Counted from the first letter of the stretch, positions 20,443-30,055 are shown. The stretch is 62,495 nucleotides of DNA from an uncultured Oscillospiraceae bacterium (GCA_902474595.1 CABRWD010000001.1:1-62495); one strand, 5' to 3'. A program made the numbers and translations. Notes: generated from the sequence alone by a model not told the origin.

Positions 20443-20994
20443 TCAGTCGATAAAAGCAATGCCATTTTTGGTAGCTTTTTTAATCTCCTCTTTCTTTTGT
20501 TCTGACAAATCTTTGGAAAAACGATATTCCTTCCCAAACACCCGAGTTTGTTCCATCAAATCAGAATTTTTCTTTTTAAATTCCTCAAGATTGCATATCA
20601 CATGTGCAGGATTTCCCGCAACAACACAATTTGGCGGGATATTTTTTGAAACAACGCTGTTGGCACCGATTACTGAATTGTCCCCTACGGTAACATTCGG
20701 CAAAATTGTTGCATTCGCTCCTACAAATACATTATCACCTATTATTACCTTACCTATTTTTGTATATCCTAAACTCTTTTTTGTACTTGCATCGTGGGCT
20801 AATACAGTTACTCTTATAGAAAAAGTTACATTATTACCAATTTCAATTAAAAAACAATGGGTTGGATCGATATAAGAGCCTTGCTGACGGTTGAAATCAT
20901 TTCCAACCTTCATTCCTCTTGCGACAAGAACCGATATGGGAACCTCTCCTGAGATTCTCTTTACTATCGACTTTATTCTCTCGCTCACTTTCAT
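20443..20994 (-). CDS. hexapeptide-repeat (LbH) O-acetyltransferase
   Basis: Repeated [LIV]G-x4 hexapeptides (IGDNVFVGANATILPNVTVGDNSVIGANSVV), 183 aa. Confidence 0.85.
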   Translation of the reverse strand: MKVSERIKSIVKRISGEVPISVLVARGMKVGNDFNRQQGSYIDPTHCFLIEIGNNVTFSIRVTVLAHDASTKKSLGYTKIGKVIIGDNVFVGANATILPNVTVGDNSVIGANSVVSKNIPPNCVVAGNPAHVICNLEEFKKKNSDLMEQTRVFGKEYRFSKDLSEQKKEEIKKATKNGIAFID

Positions 20995-20995
20995 C

Positions 20996-22141
20996 TTATT
21001 CTTCCTCCGTTACACCGACCTTAGATAAATAATAATCCTGAAGCCACTTGGCATTTTCCGCAATGTCAAATCCTGCTTCTTTGATGAATTCACTTGTATC
21101 CTGCCTAACCGTACTCATAGCCGTTTTAATTATTGTTTCGGCCCAATATTCAGCAGGAACCGATAAGTTTATTTGGATAACTAAATCTGTTACTTTGCAC
21201 TCAATCGGCACTTTTTCTGAAATCACACAAGGTAGTCCTGCGGATTGTGCTTCAATCATCGTAACCGGCAATCCTTCATATTTTGAGGGGAATACAAAAA
21301 CATCCATTGCTTGCATCAAATCGGCAACATCGCTTCGTAAACCTGTGAAAATAACAGAATCCGATAATCCTAGGTCGGCAACCTTGCGCTTAATATTATC
21401 GGCTAACTCTCCCCTGTCATCTCCAACAAGTAACAATTTTGAATTCGGGAATTGAACCTTAATTTGATGAAATACATCTATTAAATACGTATGATTTTTT
21501 TGTAGGGAAAAGCGACCGACATGACCAATAACGAGTTCATCGTTATTTAATTCGAGTTGCTTACGTACTGTCCGCCTCTTTTCAAAATTATAAACATAAT
21601 TTGCAGAATTGATTGCATTATTTAACACTATAAAAGGTGCTCCGCAAAACATCCAATTTCCTGCATCTTTACCGCATGCAAACAATTCTGTAGCGTATTT
21701 TGAAATAAAATGACGGTAAAAAATTTTAATCAGATATTTCAAGTCCTTATCTTGACTAGAACAGTGACTATGTGCAATTCGCACCGGTATTCCACATTTT
21801 TCAGCTTCTTTCAGTATCACTGAACTCAAGCAGTCTTGATGAACATGAATTATTTGATATTCGGGATGATGTTCAAAAAAATATCCCAATGTCTTTTTAT
21901 AGCTTGAACTAAACGGATTCAGAGTTGGTAAATGATAAATTATTCCACCTAATTTTTTAATTTCTTCACCGTAATCGCCGTCATATTCGCGATGTGTCAA
22001 AAAGTCGAACTGAACCTGTGTGCGGTCAATATGTCGATAATAGTTCATCAACATAGTTTCAAGTCCGCCACGATTCATGTGGGTAACAATGTGAAGAATT
22101 CTAAGCATATAAAAACCGCCTTTTTGTTCCCAATTTTCCAA
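20996..22141 (-). CDS. family 4 (group 1) glycosyltransferase
   Basis: MLRILHIVTHMNRGGLE...FPSKYEGLPVTMIEAQSAGLP. The real start may be the internal MLRIL. Confidence 0.85.
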   Translation of the reverse strand: MENWEQKGGFYMLRILHIVTHMNRGGLETMLMNYYRHIDRTQVQFDFLTHREYDGDYGEEIKKLGGIIYHLPTLNPFSSSYKKTLGYFFEHHPEYQIIHVHQDCLSSVILKEAEKCGIPVRIAHSHCSSQDKDLKYLIKIFYRHFISKYATELFACGKDAGNWMFCGAPFIVLNNAINSANYVYNFEKRRTVRKQLELNNDELVIGHVGRFSLQKNHTYLIDVFHQIKVQFPNSKLLLVGDDRGELADNIKRKVADLGLSDSVIFTGLRSDVADLMQAMDVFVFPSKYEGLPVTMIEAQSAGLPCVISEKVPIECKVTDLVIQINLSVPAEYWAETIIKTAMSTVRQDTSEFIKEAGFDIAENAKWLQDYYLSKVGVTEEE

Positions 22142-23272
22142 TTAAATCAACTGCTTAATATAATCAAAAATACTCATAAAGGAGTAAGCGACATCGAATC
22201 CGCCGTTAGCAATAGCGGAGCCGTAATAATAATATGCAAAATACAGAATAACGCACGCTGTTTTCAATTGACTTTTACTTTGCTTATCAAATAAATTCAA
22301 TACGTACGGCAAAGCCAGTGTTTGAAAAATTAAAAAATAATTTGCAAGTCTGGCAAAATAGTTTGCTGTTCCAAAAAGACCTATAAACATTATCATTGCG
22401 TTAATCATTGAAGCGTTTATGACTAATTGAGCAACCCTATCTGTATTATTTTGCAATTCTTTTCTTACAAATAAGGAAAGAATGATTGGCGACCATACAA
22501 CCAAAACTCTGAATATATTTACGCCTTCACCAACAAAACTGTTAGAATCGTAATCATACCCCAATGATTCAGTCATTGCAAAAATACCACTCATTAGATA
22601 CTCAAGAAGTAAAGCAACTACTACGGTGCCTAATAAAAACGCATATGTACGGTCACTCCAAGGTTTGAAAAAGAGGAATGGAATAATTAAATAAACAAAT
22701 GCATATGGATGGAAAAATTCTGCAATCAAGACAAAAATTATAAATTGCAGCCATTTTTTATTTATCGCCCTATCGGTTGCAATAACAAGAAACGCGACTG
22801 CAGTTGTTTGCTTTATGGCAGCCATTGTAAAAGTGTACACGCCCATTGTGACAAATAAATACACCGACATAAAAGTATGCGAGGAATATTTTCGTATAAA
22901 CCAAAGATATGTAATAACGGTAAACAACGCAAAAATCATGAGATAATCCTGCGATGTTGCACCGATGGTCTTTAACACAATACTTACAAAAGTTAAACCG
23001 GGAGCTGCAGAAATATTACCAAAATCTATTTTTGAGACAGCATTAAAACCTGTACCCAACCTTTCAAATGTATTTATATAAGCGTATGTATCATTACCAC
23101 GGATTCTTAGCCCAACAAAAACAGCCATGCAAAGTGCCATTAGAAAGAAAGCAATCTTATCTTTCTTAATATACCGTTTCGCCCCGACTTCATCGATTTC
23201 GACAACAGAATTCATCTCAGATAAATAAGCCATTGCAAAGCAAAATATTGTTATAGGAATTAGTACCTTCAT
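22142..23272 (-). CDS. EpsG-family / Wzy-like polysaccharide polymerase
   Basis: 376 aa with about 10 TM helices and the RIRGNDTYAYINTF motif typical of EpsG-type polymerases. Confidence 0.7.
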   Translation of the reverse strand: MKVLIPITIFCFAMAYLSEMNSVVEIDEVGAKRYIKKDKIAFFLMALCMAVFVGLRIRGNDTYAYINTFERLGTGFNAVSKIDFGNISAAPGLTFVSIVLKTIGATSQDYLMIFALFTVITYLWFIRKYSSHTFMSVYLFVTMGVYTFTMAAIKQTTAVAFLVIATDRAINKKWLQFIIFVLIAEFFHPYAFVYLIIPFLFFKPWSDRTYAFLLGTVVVALLLEYLMSGIFAMTESLGYDYDSNSFVGEGVNIFRVLVVWSPIILSLFVRKELQNNTDRVAQLVINASMINAMIMFIGLFGTANYFARLANYFLIFQTLALPYVLNLFDKQSKSQLKTACVILYFAYYYYGSAIANGGFDVAYSFMSIFDYIKQLI

Positions 23273-23286
23273 TTAGACACCCTTTA

Positions 23287-24396
23287 TTATATTTTCATAT
23301 AAATATTGTTTATTGTTTCCTCAACAACTTTTCTCTTATCAAAAATTTCTTCCATACGTTTTCTTCCGGCAAGTCCCATATCTCTACGATGCTCATAAGG
23401 AAGTTCAACAAACCGTTTCATTACTTTATAAAGGCTTTCGGGGTTTTGCTTTTCACACAGGAATCCCGTAACACCGTCCTCAACCGCTTCAAGGCAGCCG
23501 TGAATATTGCTTGTGATAACGGGTCTTGCCATAGCGGCACATTCAAGGTTAGTATTCGCCATACCCTCGTGCCAGGAAGGAAGAACAAAGCAATGAGCCG
23601 CCTCGATAAACGGGCGAACATCTTTCTGTATTCCGTGATAAGTAAGCCAACCGTCATTTTCGTACTGCTTTATCTTTTCTGAATAATCCTCTTCATAGCC
23701 GCCGACCACATCTAATACGCAGTCGATTCCATCTGTACTAAGTAACTGCATAGCTTTAAACAGCTCGTCGATACCCTTTTCTTTCATAACCCTGCCGATA
23801 AACAGAAATCTTGTTGTTTCGTTTTCTGCGGGATACTCTGCGACACCAAAACGCTCAAGATTTACTCCCGCTCCGTTTAACAGGCAGGTCTTTTCCTCTT
23901 TGACTATTTTTTCATCAATGAAAATCTGCCTGTTTTCCGAATTTTCAAAAAATACGGTTTTCGCTTTTTTTAAGCCTACCTTATACATTAAGGTGACTAA
24001 TTTGCGGAGCATGCCTTTGCCCTGAAACGCCGTGCCGAGACCCGTAATATTCGCCGCATACGGAATTTTAAGCATCCGACAAACAAACCCGCCGTAGACA
24101 TTCGGCTTAATTGTATATGTAATGACTAAATCGGGTTTTATCTCCTTAAGAAGCTTTTTGTAATTTTTCAACAACTTAAAATCCTCCGCAGGATTAATCC
24201 CGCGGCGGTTTATCGGGGTTTCTATCAGTTCGGCACCCAACGCCTTAAGCTCATCGATTTTGTCGTCAAAAGGTGTGAGCGCAATAACTGTATCACCACG
24301 GCTTATAAGTTCCGACATAAGCATTCCTCGGAAATCATATAATCCGCCGGAATTATTCGCTAAAATTACAATTTTTTTAGGCATTTGAAAAGTCAA
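23287..24396 (-). CDS. family 4 (group 1) glycosyltransferase
   Basis: KKIVILANNSGGLYDFRG...LPSWHEGMANTNLECAAMARPVI. Confidence 0.85.
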   Translation of the reverse strand: MTFQMPKKIVILANNSGGLYDFRGMLMSELISRGDTVIALTPFDDKIDELKALGAELIETPINRRGINPAEDFKLLKNYKKLLKEIKPDLVITYTIKPNVYGGFVCRMLKIPYAANITGLGTAFQGKGMLRKLVTLMYKVGLKKAKTVFFENSENRQIFIDEKIVKEEKTCLLNGAGVNLERFGVAEYPAENETTRFLFIGRVMKEKGIDELFKAMQLLSTDGIDCVLDVVGGYEEDYSEKIKQYENDGWLTYHGIQKDVRPFIEAAHCFVLPSWHEGMANTNLECAAMARPVITSNIHGCLEAVEDGVTGFLCEKQNPESLYKVMKRFVELPYEHRRDMGLAGRKRMEEIFDKRKVVEETINNIYMKI

Positions 24397-24482
24397 TTCC
24401 TTTTGATTGGTTAGTTACCATAATAAGAGATAGTGAAGAGAAAATTTTCCAAGACAAACACAAATTATGCATTTATTGAACC

Positions 24483-25460
24483 TTACTTTGCTAACTCACC
24501 CGTTTTTCTAATAACAACACTGTCATACATCATCATAACAATATTTTCTTCATATTCGCCAATAATTGATTCGTTTGCTATTCCGTTTAGATTATTTTCA
24601 ATAAGATTGACAAAATCAACACCGGCACCGTATGCATGAAGATATGCACCGCCGAACCGCGGATTTATTTCGGAAAGATAGTATTCGCCGTCTCTTTCAA
24701 AAAAATCAATATCAATCGGTCCATTAAATTCAAAATGCTTTAAAGCCTCTTTTATCAGCTGAAACAATTTTTCATCTTTAAAAGAGACAGTTTTATTGGC
24801 ACCACCGATAGTAGTAGAAATTTTCTTCTTTGAAAAAATTGCCACAGGTTGCTTTGAAATAGTGTCAATATATACATCCGCATCCAAATCTCTGCATTGC
24901 ATATATTCCTGTACTATTAATGAGGGATCCGTCTCAAACGCTTCTTTTAAAGCCTCAAGATTATTTATCCGTCTTGCACCAACGCTACCGCTTCCGTTTC
25001 TCGGCTTAACAAAAACCGGTAATGTTATAGTGCCTTTATCAAAAGCCGATTTAAAAGAATCATAGCCTCCGAATGTCATTACAGTAGGTATTCCGCAGGC
25101 TGTAAGATATTTAAACATCTCAAATTTATCAAAGCACAGCTTAGCAGTTTCCTCGTATGGTGCTAAAACCTCCACGCCTATACTCTCAAATTTTTCACGG
25201 TTTTTTGCCAATATCTCTATTTCGGGATCAATTACAGTTGTTACCGCATCGATATTTTCTTTTTTGCAAATATCCACTACCGTATCCAAATATGTCGGAT
25301 CGTTAATCGGGGGTACTAGGTAAGCCTTATCTGCAAAATACAAGGCGGGGGCATATTCAGACAGGTCAGTTGCAATTATCTTTCCTTTGTCACCCATAGA
25401 CTGTCTGAAATTTTTTAACAGCTGTCCTCTTCTGCCGGCACTGCAAAACAAAATATTCAT
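24483..25460 (-). CDS. ATP-grasp domain ligase
   Basis: 325 aa with MNILFCSAGRRGQLLKNF, LPVFVKPRNGSGS and EINPRFGG motifs. Confidence 0.8.
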   Translation of the reverse strand: MNILFCSAGRRGQLLKNFRQSMGDKGKIIATDLSEYAPALYFADKAYLVPPINDPTYLDTVVDICKKENIDAVTTVIDPEIEILAKNREKFESIGVEVLAPYEETAKLCFDKFEMFKYLTACGIPTVMTFGGYDSFKSAFDKGTITLPVFVKPRNGSGSVGARRINNLEALKEAFETDPSLIVQEYMQCRDLDADVYIDTISKQPVAIFSKKKISTTIGGANKTVSFKDEKLFQLIKEALKHFEFNGPIDIDFFERDGEYYLSEINPRFGGAYLHAYGAGVDFVNLIENNLNGIANESIIGEYEENIVMMMYDSVVIRKTGELAK

Positions 25461-25688
25461 TTATTATTCCTCGCTTATAATTAAACTTTGTCTTTATACA
25501 AATTCTCGTAGTATTCACGAGTATTCCATAACTTAGCAAAAGGCTCAGTTTCCATTTCTTTTTTTAAATCTTCGAGCATTTTCAAATAGCTATATTGCGG
25601 ATTATATTCTAAATCCTTTTGAGTTTTTGACCAATCCAGCATCGACTGTAAGGTATCGGGCTTAGAAGGGTCATATGAGATTTGCTCA

Positions 25689-26378
25689 TTATACCATTGC
25701 TTCCTGTTTAAGTTTTTCCTCTCTTATTTCGGCTAAATTGCCCTCGTGGTTAAGTTCTACTCCCTCGACCTTGATAAAAGCCTTTTTAACCGTTAATAAA
25801 ATAATTTTTATATCGCCGAAAAAGGTTATATCGCCTACATATTTTAAATCCCAAGAAAACTTTTCTTCCCAGGTCACGGCATTTCTTCCGTTTATCTGGG
25901 CGAGTCCCGAAAGCCCGGGTCTTACATCGTGACGGTGGCGTTCTGCCTCGGTATAATAAGGCAGATATTCGGGCAAAAGAGGGCGAGGTCCGATAATTGA
26001 CATATCCCCTTTTAAAATATTAAAAAGCTCAGGCAGCTCGTCAAGGGAGGTGTGGCGGAGGAAATTGCCGTAGCCCGTTAGTCTTTGTTCATCGGGAAGA
26101 AGCTTTCCGTTCTTATCCTTTTCGCAGGTCATTGTTCGAAATTTTATGAGCTTGAATATTTTTTCGTTTTTACCCGGGCGTTGCTGAAAGAAAAAGGGAT
26201 TGCCTTTCATCACTACTGCACCGATAACCGTAAGAGCGAGCAAAATCGGAGATAAAACAATAATCGCACAGAGTGAAAGAATAAAATCCATCGGGCGTTT
26301 TATGTACCTTGCGTAAATTCCGTTAGAAACGGCGATTATTTCCTCTGTCTCGGGTTCTTTTATAAGAGTTTCGGGCAT
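25689..26378 (-). CDS. initiating sugar phosphotransferase (bacterial sugar transferase, PglC/EpsL-like)
   Basis: 229 aa with a single N-terminal TM. Motifs: KRPMDFILS, PFFFQQRPGKN, KFRTM, DELPQ-like DELPELFNILKGDMSIIGPRP. Confidence 0.9.
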   Translation of the reverse strand: MPETLIKEPETEEIIAVSNGIYARYIKRPMDFILSLCAIIVLSPILLALTVIGAVVMKGNPFFFQQRPGKNEKIFKLIKFRTMTCEKDKNGKLLPDEQRLTGYGNFLRHTSLDELPELFNILKGDMSIIGPRPLLPEYLPYYTEAERHRHDVRPGLSGLAQINGRNAVTWEEKFSWDLKYVGDITFFGDIKIILLTVKKAFIKVEGVELNHEGNLAEIREEKLKQEAMV

Positions 26379-26390
26379 TTTGTATTCCCC

Positions 26391-27572
26391 TTAAAAACAA
26401 GACTTAATTATTTCAATGACTTTATCCTGCTCGCCGTCGGTCATCTTAATATCGCTCGGCAGACAAAGACCTCGCTTAAAAATATCCATTCCCACATCCG
26501 TGTTTCCTACCGAAACGAATGAATTATTTTTATAAATAGGTTGAGCATGCATGGGTTTCCAAACAGGCCTGCCCTCGACATTGTATCTTTCAAGCGTTTC
26601 TAAAATTTCGGTTGGGCAAGATTTACCTTTTTCACTTTTGTAAACAGCGGTACAATCGGTTCTTGTCTGTTCGCACATAGCATCTTTATCAATAATAATG
26701 CAGGAAAGCCAGAAATTAGGCTCGGATTTTGCTTCGTCATAAGGATTCATACTTACTGGCAAATCCTTAAAACCTTCTTTATATCTTTCATAAATTGCCT
26801 TTTTCTTAGCAATGTGTTCTTCTAAATACGGAAACTGTCCGCGAACAACACCTGCAACCACATTACTCATTCGGTAGTTATATCCCAAATCAACATGCTG
26901 ATACCAAGGCGCGTTTTCTCTTGATTGAGTTGACCATTTTCTTGCCTTTTCTGCCGCCTCTTTATCGTCTGTCAAGAGCATACCGCCGGAAGAACCGGTA
27001 ATAATTTTATTGCCGTTAAATGAAATTGCATTGTATGTGCCGAAAGTTCCGGTTTGTCTTTCTCTATATCTAGCGCCTAAGGATTCCGCCGCGTCCTCGA
27101 TAATTACCGCATTATGCCTTTTGGCAATTTCACAAATCTCGTCCATTTTTGCCGGCGTGCCGTAAAGGTTTGCAACAACAACCACCTTAGTTTCGGGATA
27201 CATCTCAAAAGCCATTTCCAATGCTTTCGGGTCCATATTCCAGGTATCATACTCCGTGTCAATAAACACAGGCGTAGCCTTTTCGTAAACAACAGGATTT
27301 ACGGTTGCCGCAAAGGTCATATCAGTACAAAAAACCTTATCCCCCGGCTTTATTCCGGCAAGTTTAACCGCAAGATGCAGTGCCGCAGTGCCGCAAGATA
27401 AAGCAACTGCATACTTGCAGCCGACCTTTTCACAAGCCATTCGTTCAACCTCGTTGATGTTTTCACCTATGGTTGACATCCAATTTGTTTCGTAGGCTTC
27501 TGTCATATATTTGATCTCACCGCCGTGCATTGTAGGTGATGAAAGCCATATTCTGTTTTTGAACGGTTCCAT
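26391..27572 (-). CDS. DegT/EpsN/PglE-like sugar aminotransferase
   Basis: I prefer the start MEPFKNRIWLSSPTMHG at 27572, which follows a ggaggagag RBS. The 77-codon N-terminal extension in the track ORF crosses a terminator hairpin and looks non-coding. An SFNGNK lysine motif is present. Confidence 0.9.
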   Translation of the reverse strand: MEPFKNRIWLSSPTMHGGEIKYMTEAYETNWMSTIGENINEVERMACEKVGCKYAVALSCGTAALHLAVKLAGIKPGDKVFCTDMTFAATVNPVVYEKATPVFIDTEYDTWNMDPKALEMAFEMYPETKVVVVANLYGTPAKMDEICEIAKRHNAVIIEDAAESLGARYRERQTGTFGTYNAISFNGNKIITGSSGGMLLTDDKEAAEKARKWSTQSRENAPWYQHVDLGYNYRMSNVVAGVVRGQFPYLEEHIAKKKAIYERYKEGFKDLPVSMNPYDEAKSEPNFWLSCIIIDKDAMCEQTRTDCTAVYKSEKGKSCPTEILETLERYNVEGRPVWKPMHAQPIYKNNSFVSVGNTDVGMDIFKRGLCLPSDIKMTDGEQDKVIEIIKSCF

Positions 27573-27680
27573 TTGTAAGTCTCTCCTCCGTTGTCGAAAA
27601 CACCCGTATTTTAAAGGGATATTCGCATTTCGGCAAACAATGATAATTGTATCGGGGATGCATAAAAGGCAAATAAAACT

Positions 27681-27714
27681 TAAAAAACCGATAGAGGATA
27701 TACCTATATCGGTT
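27681..27714 (-). terminator. intrinsic terminator-like hairpin on the minus strand, upstream of the polysaccharide operon
   Basis: Minus strand reads aaccgata-N13-tatcggtt followed by tttttt. It is nested inside a gatgcat...atgcatc outer inverted repeat. Confidence 0.45.
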
Positions 27715-27949
27715 AAATGCATCACAAGATTTTGCCGTTTTTTGAGCATACTAAAGGCTAAGTAATCGGCTATGCTGCCATTTTTATGTACTGAAAGCCG
27801 CATTGATTTTTCCTACTCTTCCGCAAGTTTGCAAAATCCCGCACACTTATCCCAATATAACAATTATCTCACGATTATTTTACCACAAAGCCCATTCTTT
27901 GTCAACAAATCAAACATATAAATAGACTAAAAATACTAAATTGTTTTTA

Positions 27950-27978
27950 TTGATTTTACCGAAAAAGCGTGATATAAT
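27950..27978 (+). promoter_or_regulatory. sigma-A-type promoter for the recombinase gene
   Basis: TTGATT, 17 nt spacer, TATAAT, with a TGa extended -10 element. Confidence 0.5.
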
Positions 27979-28028
27979 GACAGTAAAACATATGATGATA
28001 CAATTACCTTTTGAAAGGCGAAACAGCA

Positions 28029-29741
28029 ATGGATATTTTAAATGTCAGAAATTTAATGAAAACAAGCAGTATCTATGATATACCTATGCGGGTGACATTT
28101 TACGCCCGTGTTTCCAGCGAAAAGGATGAGCAGTTAAACTCCCTCGACAACCAAATTTCTTACTACAAAAATTTTATAAAGCAAAACAAGGCTTGGAAAT
28201 ATGTTGAGGGGTATATTGATGAGGGGCTTTCGGGCATATCCACCGCCAAACGAGATAACTTTAACCGTATGATCAAGGACGCAAAGTTAGGGCAGTTCGA
28301 CCTTATAATCACCAAGGAAATCACCCGTTTTGCCCGTAATACGGTTGACAGTATTCAGTTTACCCGCGACCTTATAAACTACGGTGTAGGCGTCTTTTTT
28401 CAAAATGACAACATCAACACCTTAGACGAGGACTCGGAGCTTCGTTTAACCATAATGTCGGGTATTGCTCAAGACGAACTCAGAAAACTGTCAAGCCGTG
28501 TAAAGTTCGGTCATCAAGAGGCAATAAAGAAATCGGTTGTACTCGGAAACAGCAGAATGTTCGGCTACAAAAAGGAGAACAAAAAACTTGTAATTGACGA
28601 AACCGAAGCGCCTATGGTTCGTGAATTATTCGAGTTATATGCAAGTGACAAGTACAGTATGAAACAACTCGAAGACCTGTTTTGGGAGAAGGGTTACCGC
28701 AATCTAAACGGCAAGAAAATCTGCCACTCTACAATGTCCAATACCATTTCCAACCCAAAATACAAGGGCTATTATGTGGGTAACAAGGTGCGAATTGTTG
28801 ATATGTTCACCAAAAAGCAGAAGTTTTTGCCGCCCGAGGAATGGGTTATGTTCAAGGACGAAACCGGCGAAATTGTCCCTGCTATTGTTAGCGAGGAATT
28901 ATGGGACAAAGCCAACGAGGTGTTAGCCCGCAGAAGCAAGGATGTTAAAAACCGCCAAAACCGATGCAACCACCGCAATTTGCTTACCGGCAAGCTTATT
29001 TGTACCCACTGCGGAAGAGCCTACTACCGAAAGGACAGCAAGGATAAAGACGGCAATATAAACTCAAAATGGGTGTGCAGCGGAAAGATAACGGGCGGTG
29101 CCGACTCCTGTGCCTCCTTTCCTCTTTATGAAAGCGAATTAAAGCCCATACTTTTTGCGGCTTTTAAGGACACCTCCGACACCGCCGAAAAAATGGTGGA
29201 GGAATATACCGAAATGCTAAGGCAGTTGGAAATGGGGGAGGATTTGGGGGTTGCCGTAGATACCGTAAACAAAAAAATCGACTCCTTAAATAAACGGAAG
29301 TCAAAATTACTGGAACTTGTAACCGAGGGCAATATAAGCAACAAAAGCTTCGGGGAAATGAACAAACAAATTGAAGAAGAAATACTGGAATTAGAGCGAG
29401 AGCTTGCCGAAATCGGCGAAAAGCAAGAGTCCCGAGAGGAATACAAAAAGCACATTAACACCATTAAAAAGGTTTTAAGAAATGCCGAAAAGGATGCGGC
29501 AGAGGGGATAGTAAACGCCGACTTTGTAAATAAATATATCGACAAGATTTATGTAACACCAGACGGCGGAGACACCGTAAATCTTCAAATCAAGATATTT
29601 ACGGGCGAGGTTTTTGAGGGTATGCTGACACGCTTAAAATCCCGTAGTAATGCGGGTTTAGAGGGTGCGGAAACACTCACGGGTCGTACGGGACACACTT
29701 TTAAAAAGATGATTGAGTCTTACGAAAACAGCATGAAATAA
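28029..29741 (+). CDS. large serine recombinase (resolvase/invertase N-terminal domain, recombinase domain, zinc ribbon, coiled coil)
   Basis: The catalytic region VTFYARVSSEKDEQLNSLDNQ...ITKEITRFARN is present. A CTHCGRAYYRK...WVCSGK...C zinc-ribbon and a long E/K-rich coiled coil follow. Length is about 570 aa. The start could also be the TTG at 28011. Confidence 0.9.
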   Translation: MDILNVRNLMKTSSIYDIPMRVTFYARVSSEKDEQLNSLDNQISYYKNFIKQNKAWKYVEGYIDEGLSGISTAKRDNFNRMIKDAKLGQFDLIITKEITRFARNTVDSIQFTRDLINYGVGVFFQNDNINTLDEDSELRLTIMSGIAQDELRKLSSRVKFGHQEAIKKSVVLGNSRMFGYKKENKKLVIDETEAPMVRELFELYASDKYSMKQLEDLFWEKGYRNLNGKKICHSTMSNTISNPKYKGYYVGNKVRIVDMFTKKQKFLPPEEWVMFKDETGEIVPAIVSEELWDKANEVLARRSKDVKNRQNRCNHRNLLTGKLICTHCGRAYYRKDSKDKDGNINSKWVCSGKITGGADSCASFPLYESELKPILFAAFKDTSDTAEKMVEEYTEMLRQLEMGEDLGVAVDTVNKKIDSLNKRKSKLLELVTEGNISNKSFGEMNKQIEEEILELERELAEIGEKQESREEYKKHINTIKKVLRNAEKDAAEGIVNADFVNKYIDKIYVTPDGGDTVNLQIKIFTGEVFEGMLTRLKSRSNAGLEGAETLTGRTGHTFKKMIESYENSMK

Positions 29742-29747
29742 GACTTT

Positions 29748-29793
29748 GCGTCAATAAAGAGGATCCGATTACGGGTCTTCTTTTTTTGAATAA
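29748..29793 (+). repeat. direct-repeat copy 1 (46 nt), which also forms an intrinsic terminator
   Basis: gcgtcaataaagaggatccgattacgggtcttcT7gaataa. It forms a hairpin aagaggatccg/cgggtcttctt plus a T-run. It is identical to 54506..54552 apart from one T in the run. Confidence 0.9.
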
Positions 29794-30025
29794 GAAGGAC
29801 ACAGGGGACGGAGAACGCTGATAATCACTACAAATTTCAGACCATAATATCTGCTTTTTTATCCCTTGAAAATTTATGTGCCGTAGCACATAACGGGCGT
29901 AAAACAGTCTGTGCGCAAGCATAACGGACGGCCTTTACAAGGTAAAAATCATATTTAATTATTGTAAAAAAAGCTTTAAAATTCGGCTTGTAATGTGCAA
30001 AATTCACAAAATTGATGAAGCGTAA

Positions 30026-30055
30026 TTGACATTGCACACGAAAATAAAATATAAT
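30026..30055 (+). promoter_or_regulatory. candidate sigma-A promoter of the ABC/pyrimidine cluster
   Basis: TTGACA, 18 nt spacer, TATAAT. Confidence 0.4.

Noticed and set aside
25461-25688. About 70 open codons on the minus strand between the sugar transferase and the ATP-grasp gene (…YDPSKPDTLQSMLDWSKTQKDLEYNPQYSYLKMLEDLKKEMETEPFAKLWNTREYYENLYKDKV*)
   Set aside because: There is no ATG, GTG or TTG with an RBS at the 5' end; the first Met gives only 53 aa with no RBS. It may be the C-terminal remnant of a lost gene or need a frameshift from the upstream gene. It cannot be supported as a CDS from the sequence alone.
26391-27803. 470-aa version of the DegT aminotransferase ORF. The same issue affects the long 5' extensions of trpE (47969), the SBP (32463), trpD (50082), trpA (53678) and others.
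   Set aside because: The extensions cross terminator hairpins, a T-box or the upstream gene, lack an RBS, and do not resemble the protein families. Internal ATGs with good RBSs were chosen instead.
29748-29793. Reading the 46-nt direct repeats as attL/attR of the adjacent serine recombinase
   Set aside because: Large serine recombinase att sites share only a short crossover core and are imperfect palindromes, whereas 46-nt identity is atypical. The repeat is also a functional-looking terminator. I reported it as an open observation and not as att sites.
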